A stretch of 64,000 nucleotides of DNA. Source: Callorhinchus milii. Lineage: Eukaryota. The notes below the pieces were generated by a model that was not told where the DNA came from, did no database searches, and saw only the letters and a program-made list of their open reading frames with translations. Of the stretch, positions 26,175 to 38,662 are shown in pieces. The position numbers and the translations under genes were made by a program. Position 1 is the first letter of the stretch. Each line of letters opens with the position of its first letter. Location of the stretch: the NCBI RefSeq assembly GCF_018977255.1, contig NW_024704742.1, forward strand, positions 80,168,001-80,232,000, in the 5' to 3' direction.

Positions 26175-26335
26175 ACTCCCCCAGGCTATGGGAAAGTGTT
26201 TGTTCTTTTCATTGTTGGTAGGGAGTAGCTCTTCCCTCGAGTTGGGAAATCCAGAACAAGAGGACTCTTAAAATTAGAGCTAAGATGGTTAAAAGTAAAT
26301 CCAGTAACCATTTCCTCATACAATGGAGGATCAAA
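26175..26335 (+). mobile_element. CR1 fragment
   Basis: CTCTTCCCTCGAGTTGGGAAATCCAGAACAAGAGGAC...TTAAAATTAGAGCTAAG, resembling the CR1 ORF2 end (SRTRG motif). Confidence 0.55.
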
Positions 26336-26457
26336 ATAAGAATAATAGTAATAATCGTTGCATTTGTTATATCGCCTCATCACATCTTTGAGACATCTCA
26401 AAGCCCTTCACAGAATATATTGTAGAGTGAATTGACTGTATTTTTGTTTGGCGAAAT

Positions 26458-26878
26458 TCCTTGCATTTAGATATAGCGCCTTATCACACTGCCATGAAGT
26501 TTCATAGCACTTCACAAGATGTACTGTAAAGTACAATGACTGTGTATTTTGGTAGCCAATTTACATACAGCAATTTTCCACAAATGGTTTTGGAGTGAGT
26601 GACCAATTTTATTTCAAGGAATTGTTGGTCAGCATACCAGGAAAAACTCTCTTTTCGAATAGTGCCATGGGATCTTTAGCATCCACCTAGATAAGCACGT
26701 TAGACCTCTGTTTTGATGTCTTGTCTGAAGGAACCCACCTCCAACAATGCAGCACAACCCTGTCCTGCGCTGGAGTGTTAGCATCGACTGTATGGGATCC
26801 AAGTCACAATGTGGGGCTTGGACTCATAACCTTCTGATTCAGAGGTGAAAGTGCTACCAAGTGAGCAAGGCTGACACT
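26458..26878 (-). mobile_element. Old Deu-SINE (type C), near full length
   Basis: Head GTGTCAGCCTTGCTCACTTGGTAGCACT..TCAGAAGGTTATGAGTCCAAGCCCC; Deu core; tail. Confidence 0.85.
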
Positions 26879-27999
26879 CACAGGATTTGATTCTCACAGA
26901 AATAACTCTGTGGTCTAACACTGGGATTGAAATTCCATGGAGTTATTGACAGAATTCTAAGAGTTAATCATAATAATAATAATATTTCTTGCATTTGATA
27001 CAGACCCTTTCTCATTGAGAGGGAGACTCAAAGTGGTTCACAGAATTTATTGTAGTGACTGTGTATCTTGGAGGTGAATGTGGAATATAGCTAAGTGTTT
27101 GCACCCTCCCCTCAGCTTTTATGCAAAATTTTCAGTCTAAAAGGATAAAAAGCATTAACAGTTGAATAAATGTTTCCACCATTTTCATTCATAATTCTGA
27201 CATGAGTTGTACAGTAAATTGAGTATGCTAATTAGATTTAATTTGCAGGTGCAGATTGTGCTAATTGGAAAAACGAATCCCATAATTCAAAAGAAAAGCT
27301 TGATTTTCCTCAATTAATGAATGTGTTGATGAATGGTAATTATATCTATTTTCCTCTGTGAAATCAGATTAATTAGAAAATAGCTTTTCAAGTTCTGCCT
27401 AAAAACTTTCTTTTCGACCACGCTTATGGTCACCTCCCAACTTCCCAACTCTCCACTCCCCGTGCTCAGAGTCAGGCTCCGCTACCGTTAAGAGCTCTGA
27501 GACACTATATAAGTGCAAGTTGTTGTTGTTTTATCTGTGGTTTGGATGCCATGATATGTTAAGGCAAAAGCACGTGATGTTGAGTTAGAATAAAATCATT
27601 TATATTATGATCTGTACAGAAATGTGGTGTGGGGAGGGGAGGAGGGGAGGAAATATAAGTTGTTTCTTAACTTATTATCTGTATTTAATTAGTACAAGGA
27701 ATGGGTTAAGAAATCTCACAAATTTGCTCTTATTTCTTAATTTGTACACTATTATCACTCACCCTTGTTCCCAGTCTCTGTGCCACCACAGCTATGTCTT
27801 CTGATCAACTAACCACATGCCAGTGAAAGCAAACACTAATGAAGGCTGTTGGAACTCGATTGGAACTCAAAATAAGGAACTTCAATATAGGGATTCCCTT
27901 AACCATAGCTACCACTCCTTGTTTGGACATTTACAAAGTTCACCTACAAAATATATTCAACACTACATACCCATTAGTCATTACATTTCACAGTATTTC

Positions 28000-28315
28000 G
28001 GAGTCCTGTAGCTCAGTGGTTAGAGCACTCGCTTTGCAAGTGAGAGACCTGAGTTCAATTCCAGGCAGGGCGAAACCTTGGGCAAGTTTCCTTACTCCAC
28101 ACGCCTAATAATAATCCCTCCAAAAAACAAAACAATAATAAATTGGTCATTTTCAATCTACGACTGTTCGTGGGACATTGCTGTGCGCAATTGGCTGCTG
28201 CGTTCGCCCACAAATATACAGTCAATTCACTTTACAGTGTGTTCTGTGAAGCGCTTTGGGACGTCCTCCCGACGTGAAAAGCGCTATATCAAATGCAAGG
28301 ATTATTATTATTATT
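28000..28315 (+). mobile_element. tRNA(Ala)-like SINE, short form (type A, CTCCC loop); resembles the abundant chimaera SINE2-1_CM type
   Basis: GGAGTCCTGTAGCTCAGTGGTTAGAGCACTCGCTTTGCAAG (TGC anticodon-like); B box GAGTTCAATTCC; Deu-like 3' half; stem-loop 28250-28285; (ATT)n tail; possible TSD TATTTC at 27994 and 28312. Confidence 0.93.
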
Positions 28316-28342
28316 TCCACTTTGAGAGGTTTTTCTGTTATG

Positions 28343-28945
28343 AAACATAACATAAGAGCATAAGAAATGCTAGATGCAAAAGACCAAAGTCATCTTAAAG
28401 ACAACAATTATGTCGCCTCTCAAACCTCTTTTCAGGGTGAACATGCCTAATTTACTTAGTTGCCCCTGATAGTCCAGTCCTTCCATTCCCTCAGTCATTT
28501 TGGTTGTCCTCTTCTGTATCTTCTTGATTTCTCCAATATCCTTTTTGTACTGTGGCAACCAGAACTGTACACAGTACTCTAAGTATTGCCTCACCAATGA
28601 TTTTTACAGTGGCAGGATTACCCCACTATTTTGGCTTGCTGTTGATCTTGTGATACATGCCAACATCTAGTTTGTTTTATTCACTGCCACAGAGCATTGT
28701 TGGGAGAGCTTCAATTAATGTCAATTAGGACCCCCAGGTCCTTTTCATTTTCCATACATATTATTTTCCTTCTGTTGAAACAATAGTCCCTTTCAGGATT
28801 TTTTGTCCCCATGTGAAGCACTTTACCTTTCTTCACATTGAGTTTCATCTGCCACCAATCTGCCCAATTCCAAATTATATTCAAATCCTCCTGTAAACTT
28901 TCTTGTTCAGCTTCACAATCTACCACCTTCATTAGCATGAAAAGA
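28343..28945 (-). mobile_element. CR1 LINE RT/3' fragment
   Basis: LQEDLNIIWNWADWWQMKLNVKKGKVLHMG..EKDLGVLID and VRQYLEYCVQFWLPQYKKDI..LRGDIIVVFK. Confidence 0.9.
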
Positions 28946-31103
28946 GCTATATCACTTGAAAGGGTCATTTTTATTCATCAAAACAACACCAACCTGCATT
29001 TATACAGCACTCTTCATGTAGAGTAATGTCACAGAGCGTACTACGGGGTTGCAGTTGGACACCGAACAAGGTAGATAAGAAGAAGGTGTCCATAGGCAAG
29101 TTCAAAGAGGTAGGAATTTAAAAGGATTTAAGCCAATAGTTTTAGCGATCAGGATCGTTTTCCACAAATAACTCTTTGCCTTGATTAGCCAACTTATCAC
29201 TAACATTGTTGTACCTAAGGATGTTTCTGATCTGCAAAAAATATTACACCACACAATGGATTGCCTACTAAATGAACAAGAAGCTATAAAATAGTCTGTT
29301 ATTTCTTCATAAAATATCATTATCGTTACAAATAAACCAAATGGAACACCGTTTTGGCAGCAAAATGTTATGAAGCATAAATCTTCCTCTCAAGTAATAC
29401 AGAGCCACATGGCAAAACTCACGAATAATGGCAGCTGGTAGTTGCAGTAAACAAAGATGTGGATCATGGCAAGGCAACAGTAGGATTGTTTTGGAGGTTT
29501 ATAGAACATTAAACCGCATAGAACAAAAAGTGCCATGTTGTTTAGGATTGCTTTCCAAGCCCTTGTAGGACGAAAGCTTTGGATATGGATGTAACCATTC
29601 TAGGTCCATGTTGCACTGTTTATGACATTATCGAAAACTCCTTGGATATTTTATTGCCTGGTTTATTCTCAATCTTATTGCCAAGTTTAATAATTACAAG
29701 CTTTTTGAAATAAGCTGTGCTTCTTTGTGACACACAAAGAGAGGCATGGAATTTCTCATTACTTTAAAATTTAAGTGGCAGATATTTGGTAAAAGTTTAC
29801 ATTTAACCTTAATTTGGAATCTGATGTTCCACATATAGAGAAATGAGGAAAATGTTTTCAAAATTGAGAGTTGAGGGTAAGGTTTGCGTTTTAAGACATT
29901 TGTTTTAAACTCTTGTCATCAAGGTGGACCATCCATTACAGTCGTGGGGGAATGCTGCATTGTCGGAGGTTCTGTCCTTCAATTTAGATGACAAATTGAG
30001 GGCCCATCTGCCTGTTCAGATGCACATCAAACAATCCATGGGATTATTTAAAAAGAGAAAGTAGTTTTTTCAATCACAACTAAGGCTAAGACAATTAATA
30101 TTGTTGGGCCTTGGGTCCTGGTCAAACTGAAGCAGAGCTTGGCGTTATAATGTATATGTTCTTCTCTTTTGTGGGCCTGCGCTGGTCAGTGTTCATTTAT
30201 GGATCTCACAGTATTTAGTTGAAGCATCAGACCTTGATTTCTTTCCCATTGGAAAACTACTGAATTAAACGCTTTATTTTTGTGTGTAATAGAACCATAA
30301 CAATTCCAAGTTGTTCCTTTTGTGTGGCAGCTGCATAGATCAGGTAAGGGATTGAGATGAAACTGCTGAGAATGAAGGAAACCCTCAAGAACTTCACTAT
30401 AAGCAAGCAGTCAGAAAGGGGAAGTCTGGAAATCAATATTTATAAACATCTTAAAATAAATAAAATGTTGCTTTCCCAAGGATTTGGCACATAAACATTT
30501 TACTATGGAAGGATAACAGCATTCCAATATTTATGTTCTTGCTGCTGCCAGAAAAGAAATATTGCAAACATAAAAATAAAGAGTTATTGCAAACTGGATT
30601 GATAAATAAAATATCCTTGCATTTGATATAATGTCTCTACATCAGGAGGACATCTCAAAGAGCTTTACAGGATATACTATAAAGTGTAGTGAATGTGTGT
30701 TTCCAGGTGAATGCAGCAGCCCATTTGTGTAAACACTTTACGTGTCTGCTTAGCTTCCCCCGGACAGTAGGACATCATGGACTGTATGGGTCTGTAGCTC
30801 TACATCCCATGAACTACAGAGGACTAGTGCTTCTTCATGTATGTCACCATCTGATGGGTGTCAGCATTGAAGGAACTGTCATTCTTCATACTTTCCAGGG
30901 TATCATAGTGAATGTGGGCTTGTCGCAGAAGAAATAATTGTTGCCAGCCTTAGTTAGTGGCCAAAACAAATCTACTTTATTATGGCCCAGTCAGCAGGGT
31001 AAACTGTGTGTCAAGGGGATCACAGTGCCAGCGCCTTGGGACATCCTCCCGATGTGAAATGTAATGTTGTTGTTGTGAGGAACATTAGCTACCTGACTCA
31101 GGA

Positions 31104-33786
31104 GTGTCTTATACACCCTCAAAATCCTCCTCCTCTACTGGCCCCCTGAAACCTCTCCCACCTTCATTTCCGAAATTTCGACACTTCTTACATCTCTCTG
31201 CCTCTGCTCTGATCGCCTCATCATCCTGGGCGACTTCAACCCCCTCCTGCTCCATCTCCTCAGATTTCTTTTCCCTGCTCTCCTCGCTCAACCTCTCCCT
31301 CCACATCAACTCCCCCACTCACAGTCATGGCCACCCACTCGACTTGGTGATCACACGGGATCTCAGTGTCTCGGATGTCACTATCACCTACAAGGCCATC
31401 TCTGACCACCACTTCATCTCCTTCACCACCTCCATCCCCCTCCCCACCTCGACCAGACCCACCACCATCTTCTACCGCCCTTGGAAGAAGTTACCCCCAC
31501 AATCCCTAACCGCTGCCTTGGAGTCCTCTGAACTCCTCTCCCTCTGGCCTTCAACCCTCACTGACCCCTCTTCTCCTCTCACCCTCCTCCACAACACCCT
31601 CTCCTCCACATTCGATACTCTTGCCCCCATACCTCCCATACTGTCTCCTACTCTCACTCCTCCCCCTGGTTCACCACCCACCTCCGCTCACTGAAGAGCC
31701 AGGTGCGGGCCGCTGAACTCACCTGCGTCAAATCTGGCCTAACGGTCCACCGACATATCTGGCTGGACCTCCTCAAAATCTACCACTCCACTCTAGCCTC
31801 GGCCAAGGCTTCCATCTACTCCAGGATAATCCTGGAGGCGAAGAACAACCCCAGGCTACTGTTTTCTACCACATCACGACTCCTCCGTCCTCCCCGCCAC
31901 CCCACGCAGGTCATCTCCTCCAACCTTCACTGCGAGGAGATGCTGGATTTCCTTGAATCCAAAATCAAGGGAATTCGCTCCGCGGTCACTTCCCCTCCAA
32001 CATCCACCCACCCCCACCCCTCCCTCCCACACTCCGACTCCTACCCATCCTCCCCTACACACTTTCGTACCCGTTTCCCCACCCTCTGTCACCAAACTCA
32101 TCCTATCCCTGAAACCCACCACCTGCTCCCTTGACCCCATCCCCACTCCACTCCTTATCTCCCAGCTCCACCTCCTTGCCCCACATATCACAGACATCGT
32201 CAACCTGTCCCTCTCCTCTGGCTCTGTTCCCATTCCCTTAAAAACTGCCACCATCACTCCCACCTTAAAAAAACCCTCCCTTGATGCGTCGCAGCTATCA
32301 AGCTACCGGCCCATCTCCAACCTCCCCTTCCTGTCCAAGGTCCTGGAACGAGTTGTCGCCTCCCAGCTGCGCTCTTTCCTCTCCACCCATTCATTATTCG
32401 AACCCCTTCAGTCGGGTTTCCGTGCTGCCCATAGCACAGAAACTGCCCTGGTCAAGGTCACCAATGACATCCTGACCATCTGTGACCAGGGCTCCCTCTG
32501 CCTCCTCGTCCTCCTCGACCTATCGGCAGCATTCGATACGGTCGACCACGCTATCCTACTCGACTGCTTGTCCTCCCACCTCAACCTTCAAGGCCCTGTC
32601 CTTGAGTTGTTTAGGTCGTACCTCTCCCACCGTGTTCACTTTGTTTCCACGAATGGCTTTTCCTCCGGCCCCCGCACTGTCTTGTGCGGTGTCCCTCAGG
32701 GCTCTGTCCTCGGTCCCCTCCTCTTCACCCTCTATATGCTCCCCCTTGGTGACATCATCCGCAGACATGGGGTTAACTTCCACATGTATGCGGATGACAC
32801 CCAACTCTACCTTTCCTCCTCTACCCTCAACTCCACGACCACCGATGTCCTGACAGCTGCCTGTCCGACATCGAGTCCTGGACGAGAGACAACTTTCTTC
32901 AGCTCAACGTGCGTAAAACTGAGGCCCTCCTGATTGGCTCACGTCAGCGCCTCCGCACCTCAGGCGCTGACAGCATCAGCATCCAAGGCTGCACTCTCCA
33001 CCTCTCAAAGCCAGTCAGGAACCTCGGGTTCTGTTCGACCCTGAGCTGTCCTTTCTTCCTCATATCCGCACCACAACTGGCACCGCCTTCCATCACCTCC
33101 GGAACATCGCCAGACTACGGCACTACCTCACCCCTCACGCTGCTGAAACTCTGGTCCACGCCTTTATCACCTCAAGGCTGGACTATGGGAACTCTCTCCT
33201 CGCCGGCCTTCCCGCCACCTCCCTCCACAAGCTGCAGGTCATTCAGAACTCTGCAGCTCGTGTACTGTCCCGCACCAGGCTTCGGGACCACATCACTCCC
33301 ACCCTCGCTCGCCTCCACTGGCTCCCCATCCCCCAGAGGATCGATTTCAAGATCCTCATCCTCACCTACAAGGCCATTCACGGCCTTGCTCCCTCCTACC
33401 TCTCCGACCTACTATCCCCCTACCTACCTGCCCGTACCCTCCGTTCCTCTGGCTCCGGTCTGCTCCACATTCCCCGCCCCAACCGCCCTACCATCGGTGG
33501 CCGGGCCTTCAGCCTCTCAGCCCCTAGGCTCTGGAACTCTATCCCCCAGTGCCTTCGCTGCCTCCTCCCTTTCCTCCTTCAAGGCCGGTCTCAAGACCTT
33601 TCTCTTTGACCGTGCCTTCAGCTCCCCTCTCGACTCTCTACCCCCTCCTCACTCCCTCCCTTCCCTCCCCTCACCCTGACCATTTCCCCCTATGCTCGGG
33701 TCCTGACCCAACTGTACAGCTCCTTGGGACGTCCTCCCGACGTGAAAGGCGCTCTATAAATGGAATCTTGTTGTTGTTGTTGTTGT
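31104..33786 (+). mobile_element. 5'-truncated L2-clade LINE; ORF2 (partial AP endonuclease plus RT) disrupted by frameshifts
   Basis: IILGDFN, PTHSHGHPLDLVI, SDH (endonuclease); [50 protein letters not shown] (RT); 3' stem-loop and (TTG)n tail. Confidence 0.96.
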
Positions 33787-36700
33787 AGGCTACTCTCAAA
33801 GACCATCCACAAGGAACTTGGATTATTTCAATGTGAGACTGCTTCAGTCTCTCTCCTTCCAGGGTGCTGTGCAGGAGGTCAGGCCAAATTCCAGCCATCC
33901 CACTGTCTTCTTGGAGTTGGCAGCACCCATGCTGCTGCTTGTCATCGCTCGTCTCCACCCCCTATGCAGCACGAATAGTTACCCCACTACCCCACATTGG
34001 CCGCCCCTCTCATTTTACCCTATTCTGAGGTCCAACGCCATGAATTAAGCAGGTGATCTCAGTGTCCCCAACCTCCAACTCCCCCACTCGCAAAATTACC
34101 ACTAGTGACTACAGCTGACCTGACACCCATCCCAGATTACCATATCCTCCATATTACTTATCATTTGATTCATCTGATAGAGACCATGGGGAGCAACATA
34201 TGATCAGGACCCATTGCAGCCAGGGAAGAGATACAGGGAGCAACTATTCCTCTTGTTGTGCGGATGTCTATTGAGATCTAGGGTAGTGACATCCTATTAA
34301 CTGGAGGGGAGTATAAGGGAGTTGCTTTGCCTCTGGTTGCAGAACTCCCTTGTGTCATCTGAGGGAACTCGAGTTTGCAAATGAGGAGACCAAGGACACT
34401 GCAGTTGGCTAGACCAAGGAAGGTAAAAGACTGATGCAAATATTGCGGAAGGGAGTGTTTCTTGGATCGTGCAGGTTAGCTATTTTCGGCTCGCAAAAGA
34501 TGTTTGTTTTGTGTCGTGGTAACAGTTAATTTTACACAAATGGCTCATTTCTGTCTTGATCTGGCCATTTCCTCTCCATATTATAATGATTTAATCACAT
34601 ACATATCAGTCGGCTCTGCTGTGGAAAAGGCAGCCAATTTTACGATTGGATTTGTGCTGAATATCATGAAATAGTCTATTGTTCTCTTTTTCTTCCTCTA
34701 ATCATTTGATAAACTTATTTGAATATGGAAATATTTAGCTTATTACCTTTTCATACATTACTAACGAGGCTAAAATACATATTTTGCATTTTACTTTAAG
34801 ATTAGCTGTTGATTCATGTTTGTGTTTGAGGAATGTTCTTTTGTGTTGAATCCCGTCCTGGTCACCAAAGAGAGCAGGAGCTGTATTCCTGCATTGTACA
34901 TGAGATGTCTAGTAGATGTGAAAAGCGCTATATCAAATGCAAGGATTATTATTTACTTTATTATTACATGAATCCATGACAAATAATGGTGAGCGCTGGG
35001 AAGAGGGGAATAGAATTGTGGTTCTACTGTGTGCCCTTTCCTGTCTTTTGCACTGGGAATACAGCTTGCTGGCAGTGTCAATTTAATTTAACATTGCAGC
35101 CCCGCACTAATATAAAGAGTGTTCTAGAGCCAAATTCTTCCCTGCAGAATTGTATTCCCATGCACAAATGGCATGATGTATATGCCTTTTCCGTTTCCAA
35201 GCCAAATGTTCTTTTGTGCTGCAGTGTACATACTCTATAGCAACATTTCGATACTCATGCTAGCAAAAGACTAATTGCACAATTATAACAATAATGTATT
35301 GTTACTTATGTGCAGATGCTGAAAACAAAATTGAATATTATGTATTGAACATGATGCAAAATCAGTGATACCTTATGTTATTGATTGCTAAACAGCAAAG
35401 AATTCTTAATCTAGCTGACAAAATGGATATGGCATTAGCATTAAATTAGAGCAACAAGTACATCATTAATCAGGATGAATCCAATATGCTTAAGTACAAA
35501 TGGATTTATTTTTGTTAACCTTGGATTTACTCAATGTGATGGGGAGTAATCATTAACTTGACTGATTGCATGAGGAAATCGCAGCAATTAATTGCTGCTG
35601 TTGAATGAATTGCTGCAGGACTCTTTTGATCATAGTGTAACCTGGAACACAGTCTTAAAAGAATTCATGTTACAAGATCACAAAAGAGCTTTGGATGACT
35701 GAGGCCCTTTATTTAATTGTACCAATACACGGGTTTATTTATCACGCTTATTCATGTGATGACACACATTCTATTTTTCACATGACCCAGTTGTGTTGTG
35801 TTTCCTTTGTACAGAGCCACTTTAGTTTAGCTTGTTTCAATATGTTCAGGATTTGAATGTGTTACAATCTGCACTCAGAATTAGCCATACATTACTGGAA
35901 AACAACAACCTTAAGATAAGTGCCTGCAGAATCTGATGAATACAAAACTAACGTTACCAATTAATGCTGAATTTTAAGCTGTAGGCCCTTGTCAAACTCA
36001 TTTTAAGAGGAATCCAGAGAGCCAACAAATAGAAGAATTCAGAAACTACATTCCAAGTCCCAAATACCACAGATGAAAGGAGACTTTACACCATCCAGTT
36101 TTCTATTTTCACAAACGGTCTAAATTGTGGTATATCACAACAGTACCCCCTAAAATTAAGAGATCCTTCAGGGATCCTTAGAATATCCTTTTGATGTGAA
36201 GGAACTCCACTGTAGAACTATATCACACTGTAGAAGAGATCCTGTGGGTCACCACTATACCCTTACAGTTAAGAGAAGAAGCCTCTATTTCCATGAGCTG
36301 AATTCTCCCTTAAGGAACCTCATTAAGAAATATTGCAAATTGGACACCCAATTTCCAATTTGTTTGTGTTTGAATTACTGTTGCTTTCTTGACAATTATT
36401 TAATTTCATGCTGCAAAATAAATCCCACTTAAAATCCAGAGTGATCTACTTCACATCACATTAGTCACAAGATCAGTGAAAATAAACATTTATCACATTG
36501 ATATTTTTTCTGCACTTACTGCATAAAATATCTGGTCATTTATATAACAAAAAATATGTAGTCTGTGCAATAAAACTGGAACAATTTTAATTTGTGTGAC
36601 TGTGAAATTTTTAACTGTTTTTAAACTACATAAACCTCAAACTCTCCAAATCCTCTCTCCTGACACCCTCCCTCCCCACCCCCAAATCCCTCATTAGCTC

Positions 36701-37286
36701 TCCATTGCCTTCTCCATCATACATTAAGCACTCCGAGATGCTGCCCCGTGTGAAGAACGCTATATAAATTCAAGTTGTTATTGTTGGATTCCAGGTTAAC
36801 TAACCATTCAAGAATCATTCTGCAGAAAGATTAACATAATCTTGTTTTGATGAGGGAATTTCAATATTTGCATTTTGAAAACAAAGTTGTCATCATAAAT
36901 ATCTTTTTCTTGACTAATTTTCTCTTCAATTTCTGATGACGAATATTTTTGTTTCCCCTTGCACATTCTACATCATAATAATCTTTCAATTTGATATATT
37001 GCCTCATTATGTCTCAAAAACCCTCAAAGCACATCACAAGATTTTCTGTAAAGTGTATTTTTAGGCAAACATTCTAATTTTTTCAGCTAAAGCCCCTTTT
37101 TGTAGCAAAATCATCCTTTTATAGAAACGATTAAAGACCTGGAGCCCTCAGACGTGTCTCTGAGGAGAGATCCATTTCCAAAAATAACTACATACAAATT
37201 CTATCTTAATTACTATGCCTTCTGTATTCTTATCTCTATCTTGTTGGATAACTCTTAATAGAGTTATCCTGTGGAGTCCTATCCGT

Positions 37287-37632
37287 GGAGTCCTGTAGCT
37301 CAATGATTAGAGCACTCACCTTGCAGATAGGTTTGATTCCCAGCAGGGCGAAATATTGAGCAAATTTCCTTACTCCACACACTTCTGTTTACCTAGCAGT
37401 AAGTAGGAACCCGGTTGTTTGTCGATTGGGAGATCGCTTTTCTGGGGGTAATAATTCCTTCAAAAAAAATAATTTGTCACTCAATCCTGTTTTTGGTTCA
37501 CTGCTGTGTGTAATTAGCTGCCGCATTTCGTCCACAAAATATATAGTCAATTCACTTTACAGTATATTCTGTGAAGTGGTTTGTGACGTCTCAAAGATGT
37601 GATAAAGTTCTATATCAAATGCAAGGATTATA
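37287..37632 (+). mobile_element. tRNA-derived SINE, long form (type B)
   Basis: Head; CTGTTTACCTAGCAGTAAGTAGGAACCCGG segment; Deu-like 3' half; tail. Confidence 0.9.
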
Positions 37633-38364
37633 GTGGTTAAAGCCTGATAGCAAAATAATTGGCGAATGAAATTCCTGGCCTAAAGAAATGTAATCATATA
37701 TAAAAACACACATCTATGGTGCCAAAGGTACCCAGCTGCAAATTAACATCATTTTTCTCCAAAACATTTTTCTCAGGATGCTTTCAAGTAATATTTCTTA
37801 TTACTTGGGTAGCCATGTAACTGTGATTGAAAATATATATCAAAATGTGCTGGCTATATTTGTCCTCCAGTCTGATCCTCCACTCTATAGGATCTCTGCT
37901 TTCTAGGACCCTAAGGCAAATGATTTTGCTTTGTAAATGTTAGACACTACAATGGGCTAATTTCCTTGGTGTAATATGGATTTCCCATGGAGGGGTGAAA
38001 TCTCCTCGGCCAAAACATTTTTGTTTTGCAAACAGATGAACTAAAGGGCCAAAGTTTGTTATTTTTGGTCAGCCGGGTGTCTGACACAGCGGAAACCCAT
38101 CACTGTGCTTAAGAGTATTCAACCCAAACTGAGAATTCCATACATCCCACCTACACCTTTTGTTACACATGGAAATTCCTGTGTCTAGAATGCAATGTGC
38201 ACTCTCTCCCAGGAAGGATGCACACTGCTTACCTAATTCTAGAGAGTATTAGGTCCAAGATAGCCAGGGCCAAGGCTTGGGAGCCCCAGATTGTGGAAAT
38301 TAAACAGCTAAACCGCATAACTTGCCATTGAAAATACTGTATAGCAAGCTCTACACCCCTTTTG

Positions 38365-38662
38365 TGGCAGCTTAGCTCAGTACGCGTACTCTCGCCTCTC
38401 AGTCAGAAAATTTGTGTGTTCATGCCCCACGTTGGTCACTCTTTGAAAAGAGAAGGGACTTTCTCTCGGTGTCCTGGCCAACCATCCCCCAAATAGAATT
38501 TGTCGCTCATCCCATGACTGTTTGTGGGACATTGCTGTATGCAACTGGCTGTGCTTTTCACAAAATACAGTCAATCCACTTTACAGTGCACCCTGTGAAG
38601 CACGTTGAGATGTCTCATCAATGTGATAAGGAGCTATATCAAATTCAAGGATTATTATTATA
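38365..38662 (+). mobile_element. Type C Deu-SINE with internal deletion
   Basis: GCTTAGCTCAGTACGCGTACTCTCGCCTCTCAGTCAGAA head joined to GGTGTCCTGGCCAACCATCCCC core and tail. Confidence 0.8.

Noticed and set aside
28000..28075. tRNA-Ala gene
   Set aside because: It has A/B boxes and a TGC loop, but no proper acceptor stem, and it runs into a SINE body in every copy; it is a SINE head
28078..28350. Recurrent small ORF (MGKFPYSTRL..REKRYIKCKDYYYY) suggesting a peptide family
   Set aside because: Translation of type A SINE copies; the poly-Y comes from the (ATT)n tail
38232..38335. Possible 104-nt minus-strand exon with GTAAGC donor
   Set aside because: Weak polypyrimidine tract and unrecognised peptide
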